Positions 49,108-63,052 are shown, counted from the whole stretch's first letter. The stretch is 64,000 bases of DNA, filler included, from Blastocystis sp. subtype 4 (GCF_000743755.1; 11 parts of 11 records of this genome joined end to end with filler, not necessarily neighbours in it), one strand, 5' to 3'. Numbers and translations are program-made. The notes: generated by a model not told the origin, from the sequence alone.

Positions 49108-50587
49108 GAGTGATTACCAAGTGTTGAATGTTCGAGTGAAGTATTCTGGAGGAGTGGCTGCCTATCTGAATGGAAATCTGGTTGCTCGACTCAATCTTGA
49201 AGAAAGCTTTGGTTCGACAAGTCTATCAATCACTGATCATGATGCTAGTGTGTTCTCGAAGTTCCATGTGATTCTGGCAACAGCTGGAATTCAAGAAGGC
49301 ATTAATGTATTCAGTTTCGAGATTCATCGTCCTTTGAGTGGTTCTTCTTCTGATCCTGTTGTTTTTGATGCTACTGGAGTATTTGGAGTTGATGACTGTT
49401 CTACTGTTGTTGACTCCTATTCTTCTCTCACTTCTACTACTCCCACTTCAGGTACTCTTGCTGGAATCATGGATCTTGATCCTTACACTACTGGTCTTCT
49501 TCCTAACTCCGTTGGAACCTATATTGATTGGACTGTTGAGAATCTGGAAGGAAGCAAATGGAATTCATTCAACATCGTTGGAGCAAGCACAGTCACTTCT
49601 TGGGGATTTGAAATTATTGCACATTTTAATCCTGATGATGAAGAGGATGAACCAGTCACAGTTCTGAGTGTTTCTGAACAGACTGTGACTCAGCGAACAA
49701 AGCCTCAACTTCCTGTTCCTGTGGCTTTGGCTGGATTCCGTAGATATCGATGGGAGGTCACTGATACTGGCTCTACTACAACTATTCTGGGTTCTGTCCA
49801 TATGGCCTATTGCAAAGCAACGGGCGATGTGTGTCCTGGAATTGGTAACTATCCTTCAGTAGCTGAAGGTCAAATCTCTCCTTCTTCATGTGGTGAGGGT
49901 TTCAGAGGCTACTCATATCGTGAGTGTTCTAATGGTGTGCTGAGTGAAGTAAAGACGGATCATTGTATCTACATTCCTCCCATGGATGCCCGTTATTCCC
50001 AATCTCAGTATCGGTTGGTGATGGGAACACAAGTAACTACAGGTGTACCTAGAGTGACTAACATTGCTGAGCGTTGGTATGTTGATACTGGAGTATTCCT
50101 TCCTGCTGGTTTGTCTCTGAATGAGAAGACTGGAGAGATTTCTGGAATTCCAACAGATACGTTTGATTTGTATGTTTACACTATTTATGCTGAGAATCCA
50201 TCTGGAGCTACTCAAGTGGTGATTGGAATTCAAGTACGTAAGGGACAGTGTCTTGCTGACGGTGTATTCCCTGTAACTTATGTTGGTGAAGTGGCTGAGT
50301 ATGATTGTGCTACTCAGGGCAGTTATGTGGGTACTCAGAGACGCGCTTGTGTATTGGGAAGTGAAGATGGAGAATGGCAGAATGCATCTGGATTCTGTAT
50401 GCCTGTTTTTGCTATTGTATTGATCGTACTTGTGGTGATTGTGATTATTGTTGCTGTCGTATTTATCCTTATGAGAGGATCAAAGGCGAAGCCTGTTGGT
50501 GGCGTGAAAGGCAAGAAATCTGTTAAATCGAATAAGATGGCTTCGAAGAAGTCCTCGAAGTCTTCTGGAAAGCAGATTAAGGTTTAA
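49108..50587 (+). CDS. Large surface protein, C-terminal part: putative Ig (He_PIG) domain, Cys-rich modules, TM, Lys-rich tail
   Basis: LPAGLSLNEKTGEISGIPT; TM FAIVLIVLVVIVIIVAVVFIL; intronless; 5' truncated. Confidence 0.85.
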
Positions 50588-50640
50588 GAACATGCATTAA
50601 TGAGTTGTTTTCATTCAACAAACGTCCAATTATAACGATA

Positions 50641-51711
50641 TTACAGAATCTTCTTAACAGTTGTATCATTTTCTCCCGTCACATCTCTATCTGCTTCTAT
50701 CACACTTTTTCCTCTTCCACTAATTGCCAACATCACACGCCTCCTTTTCACTTCCTTCTGAGTCTCTTCATCAATCTCTCTCTTATGAACGCGTCGATGA
50801 CGACTTAGTGAAGACAACTGAGAATACACTCTTCCACAATACTCACACTGGTACTTGATATGATTGTGAAAGGCAGCAATATGGGATGATAAAGAAGATT
50901 TCTAACTATCATCCCTTCTATTCACCTACAGAGGAGAAGGTGTGTGAACAACCTGGTACAGTACATGCAATACGACGTGGTTCCTTCAGAGCAGGAGGAT
51001 GAACCGTATCCATATGTGACTTAAAGGCCGAAAAATCCATTGTAGTGAAATGACATCCCTCAACAGAACAAACACAAATTGTGTTTTCTATGCTCAAATT
51101 GAATGCTTTCTCCTACCATGAGTTCTTTCATGTTTCTCCAACTGGGTAGACGTCATAAACTCCTTGCCACAACCTGGAAACTTACATACAAATGGTTTTA
51201 CTCCAGTGTGTAACTATTCTGAACCAAAAATAGTAAGTGATACAAACTCGTGCTTTCGGAGTTGCATCTTCTTTAGAAATGTTTGATCACAATGACTGCA
51301 TTTGTATACAACCGGCTCCTGTGTTTCTTTTCGCTCATGCCACTTGAGATGCCGATTCAAGTTATATTGACTCTTAAATCTACATTTAAATGATAATGAA
51401 AGCTCAGCACTTCTTTGTACAACCATCCACAATACAAGGAAACGAATACTCCTCGTTATGTGAACCTAAATGACGAACCATGTGGTCCTTGCGACTAAAA
51501 GCTTTTCCACATCCTGGAAAGGGACATGGAAATGGTTTCTATAATGAGACAGGATTCACACAAACAATACCTCCTTTGTATGTGTTCGTAAATGACGAAC
51601 ATACTTTGCCTTCTTTCGAAACGTGATGGAACAGTACTCACATATGTAGGGTCCCACAGTCTCTTCCGAGTTTTCCAACAGTTCAGAATCTGTATTTTCC
51701 TCTTCTGACAT
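50641..51711 (-). CDS. GTF3A: Multi-C2H2 zinc-finger protein, TFIIIA-like
   Basis: About 8 C2H2 fingers, including YICEYC...[30 protein letters not shown]...HTGVKPFVC and IACTVPGC, in a TFIIIA-like order. Confidence 0.7.
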
Positions 51712-52092
51712 TCTTCAGTGGAAATTAACAGAATCCATACTGCGACTACGCAGAACGTTTCCCTCTAAGCTCCAAAATGGTTACCACGAGAATTTGGGAC
51801 CCCAATTAAAACTAGTATTCGGAGTGATAATGAGTTATCTTCCCGGATATGATATCCAGCAGATGGACACTTGTTGCCTCTGTAAACATATGGTTGATAA
51901 CCAACAACTTGACTTGGTGATCAACGGTTGAAGAAACTATTAGTTTGAATATTTTATAGACCCAACATTGTGGTATTGCACAGTGTGTACTCAAGAATGC
52001 TCTTGTGCTAAGGAGATGGAACTACATGCCCAGATGAACCCGTTCGTTTTCTTGCATCTCCTTATGGATCTAGAAAACACTATTGCTTTTAT

Positions 52093-53802
52093 ATGGTCAA
52101 CGATGATTTGCTCCTCTGTACGCACTGTAAGCGGATTGTAAGGGGATTTGCTGAAAGCATTGGGGATTTTTCGGATGATAGCCATGAAAGTGCTCTTAGT
52201 GGTGATAGCAATTCGAAACCTAGGAAAGGTGGCGAAGAGAGTAACGGTTCTTCCTCAGACAATAATGTACACTCTGATTCGGATGATTCCAGTCTCTCTA
52301 GCTTTGATGAAAGAGTTGGGATCTATGGATTCGAACGAGAAGTATGGGTTCAACTGTACTGTTATCTAGGTCTATTCTGGACCGAAATTTACCATTGAAG
52401 ATTTCATTGAAGGACTTCGGGAAGGACGGTTCAAAAACATTATTGTAGTGTCAGGAGCTGGTATTTCCTGTGGTATATGTATATTCACTCTCTTAGTCTA
52501 AGCATCTGGAATTCCAGATTTTCGTTCAGCAACAGGTCTCTATAAGAATTTGAATAAGTACCCGGTTCCCTATCTTACAGATCCTTCTACCATTTTCGAT
52601 TTCCGTGACTTTAAGAATTATCCTATTCCATTCTGGATTCTGGCAAAAGAGATGTTCTATACAAATGACCAATATCACCCTACACCTTGTCATTTCTTCC
52701 TCTCTCTACTTGCTAAGAAGCGTTTGCTTCGTCGTATTTTCACTCAGAATATTGATGGACTGGAGCGAGGTGCGGGTCTTGAGCCTCCTATCTTGGTGGA
52801 AGGTCATGGAACATGTTCTCAGAGTGCATGTATTCAGTGTGGAAAAGGTTTTTCTTCTCAAGTACCTCAGGAAGCAGTCAATAATCATCAAGTACCGATG
52901 TGTGGAGATTGTGGTGGATTGATCAAACCGAAGAGTATGAGAATGAAGAGTGTGAGATCTAGTTGTGTTCTTTGGAGAAGACTTACCAGACACCTTCTAT
53001 CAGTGTGTGATTCAGGATAGTCCTGAGGCTGACCTTCTCATTGTTATGGGAACCTCGCTTCAGGTCCATCCAATGTGGTATGTGCTTATGTCTTATCTCA
53101 TTCCAGTTTGATCCCAGCAAAGATCCCTCCACATGTTCCTCGTGTGCTAATAAACAATCAGCTAGTAGGAGCCTTCCGAGACTCTCGGTATGTCTGAAGG
53201 AGGTGCTAATATACTAGGTTTAACAACCTCTCATTGCTTGGAGACTGTCAGACTCTCGCTCTTACCTTGATTCATCTATGTGGCTGGAAAGAGGATTATG
53301 AAAGGATGCTGTGTGTTTATAAGCGCAAACACAGTACAACAGCCTTAGCTTGGGAGACGAAGTATAACTTTGATACATTGGAGGCAAATCTCGCAGCATT
53401 TGAAGAGGAGTTGAAATCAGGTCGACGAGAGACAACTGAGGAGAATTCGGATGATTCTGATAAGGAATTGAGAGTAAAACAAGAAGAGGAATCAGAGAAT
53501 GAAGATACATCAAGTCTTTACTATGTGTTATCTCATCATCCTTCTATGCGACATTGTATTCTGAAAGATGATAAACGAGACCTAGAGACATTTGATGTTG
53601 ATCCTGAGTATGTCCAACAAGCTATCAACTATTTCGTCTCACAGATATGGAGAGGTACCATTAACAATGTCTTCCAAGCAATGGAAGATCGATCTCAACA
53701 TCTCATTGTACGATTTGAAGACGTTCTAGTAGAATTGAATCAACCAAATAGTCGTTGTTTTCGAGAAATCTTGAAATGGCATTATCATCTCGTAAAGGAT
53801 GA
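52093..53802 (+). CDS. Second SIR2-family deacetylase with N- and C-terminal extensions
   Basis: GAGISCASGIPDFRS, FTQNIDGLE, HGT, CxxC...CxxC, FGEDLP, GTSLQVHP. The 3' end is inferred via a 29-nt last intron to TGA 53800-53802. Confidence 0.9.
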
Positions 53803-53830
53803 GAATTCGTTTGTTTCTTTCACAAACATG

Positions 53831-54877
53831 TCAAATGAAGTACGCTCGAATCACCATTCGCTTCACCGTTTTCTACAGAATCAGTAGAATCATACTTCTA
53901 TTACAAAGATATCTGTAGTTGATTGTTGAATCATATCTTGCATGGTTCGGTATTCTTCGTTGTCACGATAATAATGTTGACGACGAATCAGAGTTGACAG
54001 GAAATCAGTCTTCAAGTCATCTGCAGACGGAATCGCATTTAGTAAGCTAATAAAGGTGTTTCCACAGATCACAATATTCCGATCCACTAGATTTGTATAT
54101 AAGGTGAACGAAGGATAACTATCTCTTCAATACACTTCCTATTCCTACTCTTGAAGAAGCGCTTTGGGAATGTTCAATTCTTTGGAACGAACCAACAAAT
54201 CAGCATACGATAGGATTCGTTGATCACTTGTAATCCCATATACCGGATTGGCCTACCTCTCACATTCTATTATTTTCATCACTTTGTTTTTGTCTGCTTT
54301 GTGATCATTCAACTTTTCCAAGACAATTAGACATATACACTCTTTGCGACGATATACATCTAATGCATTGAGCAAGTTCATTTTCAAATTTGGAATTCCC
54401 GTCACCACAACCACATTCAACGAAATCATCGACGCTACTTTACGAAGAGCATCTGCAGATCCCTTGTAACCATCGATTTGAACCACTTTTACAAACTTTT
54501 CAAAGCTACTCTTCATAACCTCTCCATTCTACTACCCTTCCATACAGCCAGCTACTTGTTCACTTTCTATATCATCTCCAACAACAACAGATACCTATAT
54601 TTCATTCAACTGTTCCCAGTACCTTACACTATCAAAATGGTACTGAAGGAAAAACTCAAATATATAGGACAACCCAAGTTTATCCTTTTTGTATATAAAT
54701 GTCGAAGGTATCAAGTCTTTGGAGAGAGGCTGGAAGCATTCGTCTTCGTTGGGAATAATCACAACCTAAAAGAAATCTAGTTTATTACCACTACTTCGAA
54801 ACCTTGAACGGCTGCCATTCCAGAGAAATGTTGACATCAAGGGGCCAGATCGAATATTTGGGATCCCACTTTGACAT
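53831..54877 (-). CDS. Hypothetical multi-exon protein
   Basis: ATG at 54877 (MSKWDPKY); collinear ORFs 54253-54516 and 53890-54087; last exon KTVKRMVIRAYFI precedes TGTTTGTG. Confidence 0.5.
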
Positions 54878-54972
54878 AGAGTGGTGTCAGAAGTGCTGTG
54901 GCGATCATAACAAACAGGTCAGCAAGGATTCTCTTTGAATTGAGTTTCATCTAAAGAAAAAGTGAGTCTTTC

Positions 54973-55072
54973 NNNNNNNNNNNNNNNNNNNNNNNNNNNN
55001 NNNNNNNNNNNNNNNNTTAATTAATTAANNNNNNNNNNNNNNNNNNNNNNNNNNNNNNNNNNNNNNNNNNNN
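54973..55072. other. Artificial contig spacer
   Basis: N44-TTAATTAATTAA-N44. Confidence 0.99.
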
Positions 55073-55214
55073 GAAGGCTGGAAAGAAGAAGGTGAAGGAG
55101 GATTCTGATAGCGATTCAGATTCTGATTATGCTGCTATGTAAGTACTTTACAAGATTGCTTTGTATTGTGATGTGTTTATTAAACAGAAAGGGAAAATCA
55201 ATTTGAATAGGAAA

Positions 55215-56057
55215 ATGCGCTTCATTGATATCCATTGTCATCTTCACTTCCCCAGAATTTCCAAATCCGTGGACTCTATTATTCAACAAGCACATGAATC
55301 AGGAATTGAACGTTTTGTAGTCAATGCAACCCGTGAAGAGGATTGGAAACTCGTAGAGGTACTGGCATCAAAATACCCATCCATTATCCCTTCGTATGGT
55401 ATCCATCCCTATGCAGTCGATGATGAAAAGAAGCTGGATGCTTTGAAGCGGTTTTGTTTGTCGACTCATACTCCTTATGCAATTGGAGAGATCGGAATGG
55501 ATAAATCGATCAGTCGCCAAGTGTCAATTCAACTTCAACGGCATTTCTTTGAAGAGCAAGTTAAGTTTGCGAAAGAACACAACGTCTTCTTCACTGTTCA
55601 TTGTGTGAAATGTACCGCAGCTGTGTATGAAGTGTTGTCCACTCTAGGTCCCTTCCCAAAGGGTTTTATTATGCATGGATACTCGGGCCCATCTGATTTC
55701 GTAATGAAATTTGCTGAACTTGGAGCCTATTTCTCTGTTTCGGGCTACTACTATCAACTCAGTCCCAATCGCCAAAAGGCTATGGAAGATACGATTCGTA
55801 AGATCCCACAGGATCGTCTGTTGTTTGAGAGTGATGCTCCTGACATGGCCGCTATTCCGGAAGTCTTGATAGCGTACGATGAAGAAAACAGTGCGAATAC
55901 GCCAAATTGCATTCCTTATGTATTACAGAAAGGTTATGCTCAGTTCTAGATTTGTCATCAAGTTGCTTCCATTTGTGGAATGTCGGTTGATTCTCTCTCC
56001 GCAACTGTCTTTGCCAATAGTGAACGTCTTTTATCGAGTTTCTATCGGCTTTGTTGA
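55215..56057 (+). CDS. TatD-family DNase
   Basis: IDIHCHL, GIHPY, IGEIGMD, VHC, MHGYSG, LLFESDAP; one intron near 55933. Confidence 0.93.
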
Positions 56058-56393
56058 CTATCAAACGACTTCTAATGTTTTTTTGTCGTAATGGAGATAT
56101 AAAGATGAGATATATAGGTTAGCTACTCGCTCTTACTACTCTTTCGTTTTCTTCTCGATGAACTTGTTGAATCAGGATTATGAGTGTATAATAAGAAATA
56201 GTAAACAGCCATAGTTTGGTATTATGAAGTACATCAGAATGTGAATCCATTTAGTGTATAGATGTTACATCTAGAAGACTGATTGAGGTAATCGAAATAT
56301 TCACACTCAGATTGACAGTTCCCCGTTATTCCAGTTATAGTATGTTCTCAAACAGTTTTGTGTTTCTTCGAAACAGAATGCAACATAACACGC

Positions 56394-57334
56394 TTAATAG
56401 GCCATTTGTCCAAGCTCATTGAACTTATTCTCCAGACTATCAAAAGCATCAGGATTTACACTGATCTTACGAAGCTTGTTCCAGACATAGAGAATGGTCA
56501 GAATGACAACAAGAGTGACTACCACTGTGAGAATAATCACAAGGGTGTTCACACTCAACAGACTCTTATACTTAAAGGTCATGCAATCGGCTCCCGAGTA
56601 ACGGCTACTACAATAGCAACGAGCCGTATCCTGCTCCTCATCATAACCACACACTCCGTGACTACCACACACATTGTTGTTCACACGAGGACATTCAGTG
56701 GGACAAGCGTGAACCGATCGGAAGAAGATGGCATAATCACAATTGTTATTCGTGGTTCCTACATACGTGTAAGTAGGGATATCTACTACTGCATCTGCAC
56801 AACGGAGAGAAATGGAAATCGTTGTCTGTCTGTAATCCTCATTGTTACAAGTTTTGTAAGGACAACAGAAATCACCTTCCTTATACTTAATCACTACTCC
56901 CATCGCGGGATCCGTGATATCATATAAACCCATCTCCGAATTGGAATCAACCGTATAATCCAATCCAAGACGAATACAAGTGGATTCTTCGCCAACTGGC
57001 TTCGAAAGAAGGAAAGCGGGAGCAGGTTCCTTGGTTAATTCGGCCTTGCCATCCACAACTTTGTGTTGGGTCTCCACGCATTTGTCTCCCCCTTCATAAT
57101 CGCGAGGAGTAGTAATAGTATTACGACAGAAATTGTAGATAATGCTAAACATCAGCGCAAATGATCCAATTCCCACGTTCTATTAAAACCCTCAATTGGT
57201 GCATATAAGTCAGTTCGGTAATCCTCCATATCATTTCGCAGTGGTGAAAGATCGAAAGACACCTTTCGAAGGGTTCCAGTACATGCCGATGCCATACAGG
57301 CAGCAATTAAAGCAATGTAAATAAGCGAACGCAT
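56394..57334 (-). CDS. Mannose-6-phosphate receptor homology (MRH/ATG27-like) membrane protein with an EGF-like domain
   Basis: Signal peptide, FDLSPL, YNFC, VIKYKEGDFC, YAIFFRSVHACP, CGSHGVC...CYC...GADC, TM. Confidence 0.8.
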
Positions 57335-57561
57335 CTTAACTTATCGATTCTAGTTAGATCAAGACGAATGATGGTTAAATATATAATTATCATGGCAGAT
57401 TTGGAACATTAACTACTAAACATACAGAACCACGGCAGAATCTCGATGGAATCACTATTCTATCTAACAAGTTGGAAAAAGGAAGTGAGTAAGTTAGTCC
57501 TGAGTTTTGGTGAACGAACAAAACATCTTGCAAAGGTAATTAAAACGACAGTCCAAGAACT

Positions 57562-58760
57562 TCATAAGGATGTTACTAAAATGTCATCGAACGCAGTATT
57601 CACCAGAAATCGCATTCCCTCTTCGGATGGTTCTTTCAGCACATACTCAATCGGTTTTCCACTTTCGCTACAATGCAATCTTTTAACAAGCCAACTAACT
57701 CGCTTGGTGAGTATTTTCATACACGCATCCCTAATAGACGTGTTGTCCTTTGGAGACCCTTCGGACTGTATATCCAGCACCGTAGCATAAATCTCAGAAA
57801 CATTCTTCTCAACAGACCACTCTGGAGAAGCCGAGGTAGGATGAAGATGAAATTCCACACATAACCAAGAATACATTCGTTTTGAATCCCGTTTCGAAGT
57901 GGCCACAGCAAATGCGACAGTGAAATGAGACGAGGGACAGCATGGATAACAGAGCCTACTTTGGAGAATCCAGTACTCAAAGTGAATGATTTGCGACGAT
58001 GGAAAACAGGACGAAAGGAAGGATCGAAGATCAATAGCAAATTGATTACACGAATCCATGCCATGTTCTTCTGTGTTAATTCCAATCTCTGATATAGACC
58101 AATCAATGCGATTTAGTTCACACAGATCCGATGAAGAGCACCAGAGCGTTTGTGGATTAGCTTCCATGAACAGCAATGTTGATGGTTTGTTGAAGACAGT
58201 AACGAATGTTGACTCTGCTATAACCCGCTGGACCTGAACAGATCGGTAGGACGTGAGTACAGAAGGAGTCAAAAAGTTATCACTCTTCTGAGGAAGGACA
58301 ACCATCCATATCGTCCCTAAGCATGGCAGAATAACAATAACACGCTGGTAATGAACTGTTATCAATCTCTTGTCTAACTGAACTGAGAAGGTGGAATTGC
58401 TAGGAATAGTAACCGAAAGAGTAGTAGTGGTTGAAGAATAATCCAAAATGTAGGAAAGCGAATAGAAAGAATCAGCATGAGAAAGAGTCACTATATGTCA
58501 TGACCAACAGTGAAACAAACACCATAAGTGATGATCTGGAATCTCAAATATGGTAGTTTGGAGTGCAGATGGTTCCGAGCGGAGAATGGTTCGTCCCAAA
58601 CAGAGATATGGAAGTAGCTTCTATGAATAATCAAAAACGAAATAATTCACTCGTTTTGTATCATACTTCCAAGAGATGATAAACGCAACCCTCCCATCCG
58701 TCCTATATATGCTAACTACAATTTCAATCTTATAGCACGATTTACACAGATAATGTCCAT
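57562..58760 (-). CDS. Hypothetical protein
   Basis: 309-aa ORF plus short upstream exons from ATG 58760. Confidence 0.5.
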
Positions 58761-58986
58761 CACTCGAGAAACGAATATAATGGATATTTGTGGTGAATAC
58801 ATAAGAGTAGCAGATCGATTCTAAGAGTGTTGCTTTACGCTTGACATTACTTCAGACGAAGGAAACAAACATTCCATTGGACACCTCCTCCCTTTTGCTT
58901 GGACCGAATAATCCCAGCAATCATACTCATGACATGGAAACAATCTTGCAAGACAAAACAATGAATAAGTTTCCAACAAACAAGTA

Positions 58987-60741
58987 TAGGTATTGAATAT
59001 CAATGACCACTGATCAATAACACGAAACGATAAGTGCCATCGCTTTACATACTCTAAAGCATCTTCAACTGCATCAACTACTAATCTGTAGTCAGGGTAA
59101 ATACTCAACTGAGCATAATTTCTCCGTTTCAGGAAGATCTGACCATTTTGATACAGTTCTTGAGCATTCTTCAATTTAGAAGGCACATACTTCTCATTAT
59201 AATTAGCTACACTCACATAATGAACACGGGATAAAAAGGCGATGTTCGCAAAACACATCTCATAAAAGAACGGCGGATTGCATTCAATCAATACACTGTG
59301 AGGAGTCATAAACATAACATTGGTCATTGCACTGCCATGTCCACCCAACACAATATCTGTGGAATAAAAGAGGCGTACTTGATCTTCATAACTTAAATTG
59401 CGCATTGACGACTGTGAAATCGAAAGCAACTGGAATCAGTCGGATCCTCCACACCTACAGGTTCGAAGTGACGTCGGAGATGATTGATATACTCGTGTTT
59501 CCGCAGCCATTTCCGATCTCGCTGACGCTCCAAGAACAGTAGATTCCAGGAATGAGAATAGAACTTTCTTGATGGAACTTTTGCTTGTTTGTACGACATT
59601 CCACGCATCAAATCCTGGGGAAGAAAACCACCAAAGATTCCACCATCAGAATTGTACGCCATGCGATCGATAAGGGTCTACACAGGAAGCAGATATCTCA
59701 ATACATACAACAGATCGAAAGCATTCCAATTCTGGTTGATCCGTTGATTTGGAGAAGACCAAAGTGGGTCGAACCGATGGAGGGAAAATGCGTACTAACA
59801 AGTTCAGATAAGTCTTTGACCAAACAAACTCGGTCTGATTATCAAACTGAGGAAGATAGAGATGCGTAAGAACAGGATACTGTGATCGGTTGAGGAATTT
59901 GAGAAGCAACTGATTCACACTCTCACTAAAGTGATAAATGTGATACGGGAGGAATTGCTGCGAAATGAATAGCCCTTCCTCCTGTCGCCACCATGCACTA
60001 CGTGGAATGGAGCGGTGATTCCAAGAATACTTCCATCCCCAGCGGAAGTCTAGAGTTACAGAATCACCATATTCTCACATTGACGACCAAAGGCTTTAAT
60101 ATTCATATCACCGCTCCCAGTTGAATAGAAATGGTATGTTCCACTTCCTTTCTCCCTACAAATATTATGAGCGTACAAATAAGGAGTATTCATAAATGGA
60201 ATATCAACTAGATCTAAATAGCTCAGAGATCGCAGAACAGTGTGTTTCGGAATACGATCTTGTCTACGCATCGTAATCACAGTTCATTCTCACGAATTCA
60301 TATAATTGGACTGAAGGTTCGACAACAGATTATCAAAAGTTGATTCCCTACATGGAAACAGAGAAGAAACGCAAACCATGGTTCACTCTCCTTCGAGTTA
60401 CTCTCTTCGAACCAATCAGATTCGTTTACCAATGTAATGGTGATCACTTGTTGAGTACTTCCGAGTAGAAAGCATCGATTGCCACAAACAGGATGAATAG
60501 TGATTGAATCCTCTACCTTGATTCCTTTGTTTCCATTTACGATACTTTCAGGTATATCTGCATAGATTTCTGAAGTGATGCTAGACCCCTCGTCAATACG
60601 ACTTCCAGCACTCGCCATCATTGACTTACTTGGTTCGTGAGTGAATTTTCGAATTCTATCAACATTGACCCAACCACCAATAATGACAGCAGCTGAGAGC
60701 CAAATCAGAAGAATAATTATCTTCTGATGGAATCGCCGCAT
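58987..60741 (-). CDS. Glycosyltransferase family 61 (second copy)
   Basis: Signal anchor; HIYHFSE; EDQVRLFYSTDIVLGGHGSAMTNVMFMTPHSVLIE. Stop inferred from polyadenylation at 58988-58987. Confidence 0.85.
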
Positions 60742-60920
60742 CCAAATGTTTTTCCAACAAAGAATCAACAATAATATCATACTTCGACAATAATGAGAAA
60801 GTATGCTAGCACCAATCTCTCACTTATTCCTCGGTCTTCTTGTTCTCAAGACTAGCATAGTATGCTCTGCACTCATCAATGGACCAACTCTGATCAACGC
60901 CTTCCTTAGGAGTAGGTGTC

Positions 60921-61020
60921 NNNNNNNNNNNNNNNNNNNNNNNNNNNNNNNNNNNNNNNNNNNNTTAATTAATTAANNNNNNNNNNNNNNNNNNNNNNNN
61001 NNNNNNNNNNNNNNNNNNNN
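60921..61020. other. Artificial contig spacer
   Basis: N44-TTAATTAATTAA-N44. Confidence 0.99.
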
Positions 61021-61146
61021 ACTACTGAAAGAAGTGAAAGCAGGAAAGAAGTGAGAATTGGAATAGATTTGTTAGAAACAAAGAATATCACATTGATCGA
61101 AGAAACTGTATCAACTCTAAGTGATTCTTAACAAACAGATATAAAT

Positions 61147-62583
61147 TCAACTAGAATTGCTCACAATAATATCTTTCAACTGCAGACTGGTGAACACAAC
61201 ATCAGCAACAACTCCAAGATAAAAGATAAACCAAGAGAATGAAATCTTTCCTTGGGAAACTGTGAACATTGGAAGCCGAGATGACTGCTCCTTTGCCTTC
61301 TCTTTCTTGGCCATACAAATGTAGAAATAGGCAGGAATCGTGAAATTGATGAGAATACCGCAGAGAGATCCAGTGATACCAAAGACAGTATCCAACTCAG
61401 GAATAACAATGGCAATTACTGAAGCAATTACAGTCCAAACAAAGGCTTCAGCAATACGACGCCATGAAGGACGAGGCTGCTTCTTAAAGCAAATCTTATC
61501 AAATGAAACCAATGCAGCGAAAGAAAGAGCAGGATACGAAAACAGTACCACAAAGGCGTATGCCAATTTGATGATATTCAAATACCAAGCCTGATCCTGT
61601 GAGAAATTATCCAGAAGATTAGCTCCAATAGCATCTCCATAAGCAAGATAGCCAAAGGCACCCACAAAGAAGTAGATAAATCCACATGACCAGAAAGCAA
61701 TGTTATTCACACGTTTCATCTTCTTTGTCTTATCCGAAAAATGGCTCTTAGATGGAAATCTCAATTCTGCTGTCATCTTTGGTATATTCACGTGACAACA
61801 CATTGATGTGAAGAACACAGAAACAGCGCCAGGAAGAAGAGACCAGTCTCTTGGGAACAAGGCATATGTAAGTCCGCCAGCAGCCAACTGAACAATTCCC
61901 TTGATAACAGAAATAACAACGAAAAGGAAAATACACACAAGAGCAATACTAGATGTAAAACGAAGAGCATCCATTGTAGGAATGGATAACAAAGGGAAGG
62001 CAATCAACAGCGCTAGAACACCACAAATTAATGGCTTCCAAGTTGCCAAAACATCCAAAGCAATGTGGCCCCAATTATGTAGAAGATCAATTACCTGCTG
62101 GAAGAAGATAATCAAATAAGCTACAGACACACCCATATCGAACAGAATAACGGCGAAATCACCTACTAAACCAACCCAAGCCTTTGCAAGCTTCTGACCA
62201 ATTGTTCCATATGAATCTTCCTTAGTATAAACAGCAGAGGCACTAAGCATATGAGCTCCTTCCAAGGATAAATAAAGGGATATAGAAAGAAGTAAGAAAG
62301 AACCAATGATTCCAGCCTTCTTTACAGTGTTTGGAATAGACAGAACACCAGCTCCCACGATACTGTTCATCATATTCACAACTGATGAAACCAAGCTCGC
62401 ACCTGTTTCCTGGGTGGTCATGTAGAATACCTCACCAGTAGACTCAGGAACCTTAACCTCTGACTTCTCAGCGACAGAATTATCGTTGATATCAGCCTTC
62501 TCCTCCACAACAGCAAGAGACGTCGCAGGCTGCACGTTACTAACAATAGCTCCAGCAGGAGAACTATTAGTGTTAGGCTCCAT
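61147..62583 (-). CDS. Amino-acid transporter (AAAP/SLC38 family)
   Basis: NMMNSIVGAGVLSIP, about 11 TM helices, GAFGYLAYG; intronless. Confidence 0.93.
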   Translation of the reverse strand: MEPNTNSSPAGAIVSNVQPATSLAVVEEKADINDNSVAEKSEVKVPESTGEVFYMTTQETGASLVSSVVNMMNSIVGAGVLSIPNTVKKAGIIGSFLLLSISLYLSLEGAHMLSASAVYTKEDSYGTIGQKLAKAWVGLVGDFAVILFDMGVSVAYLIIFFQQVIDLLHNWGHIALDVLATWKPLICGVLALLIAFPLLSIPTMDALRFTSSIALVCIFLFVVISVIKGIVQLAAGGLTYALFPRDWSLLPGAVSVFFTSMCCHVNIPKMTAELRFPSKSHFSDKTKKMKRVNNIAFWSCGFIYFFVGAFGYLAYGDAIGANLLDNFSQDQAWYLNIIKLAYAFVVLFSYPALSFAALVSFDKICFKKQPRPSWRRIAEAFVWTVIASVIAIVIPELDTVFGITGSLCGILINFTIPAYFYICMAKKEKAKEQSSRLPMFTVSQGKISFSWFIFYLGVVADVVFTSLQLKDIIVSNSS

Positions 62584-63052
62584 TTCCAAACAATGAACAA
62601 AGGTGTAAATGAATGGCAGAGTTTTTCTCTATTTCCCCAATTCTCTTGATCTGCATTTCTATTGGATTTCAAACTTTGTTCTGCCAACTGTTCTGTTCCC
62701 TTTCTCTCCTCTTAATAGTCCTGAATCTTCTCAAACAAATGAGCATTTCATAGATTCTTTTTAGATCCTAATTCTTACATTAATGGATCCCTTCTGTTCA
62801 CTACTCATAGGCGGTAGACGCAGCAATCATTTATTTGTTCTCGTTAATTAGATGAGCTACTCATCTGTATCATTAAATTCTCTTTATTATTAAGCCAAAT
62901 GAGAGAGAGACAATAACAACTGAAACACATTCTTGCTTGTAGAGGTGAATCTTCGAGTCATTCTTAACTCAATATGAGGGTTTGGACAAGAAATAGAAAG
63001 GCCGCCAAAATACGAATGTATTCACATTTCTTTTGTTAATAACAAGAGTGTT

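Noticed and set aside
56040..56057. PolyA-made stop in TatD (TTC-T|ATCG-GCTTTGTT)
   Set aside because: The spacing fits, but the motif is degenerate and a TGA follows four codons later. Left as an unproven candidate.
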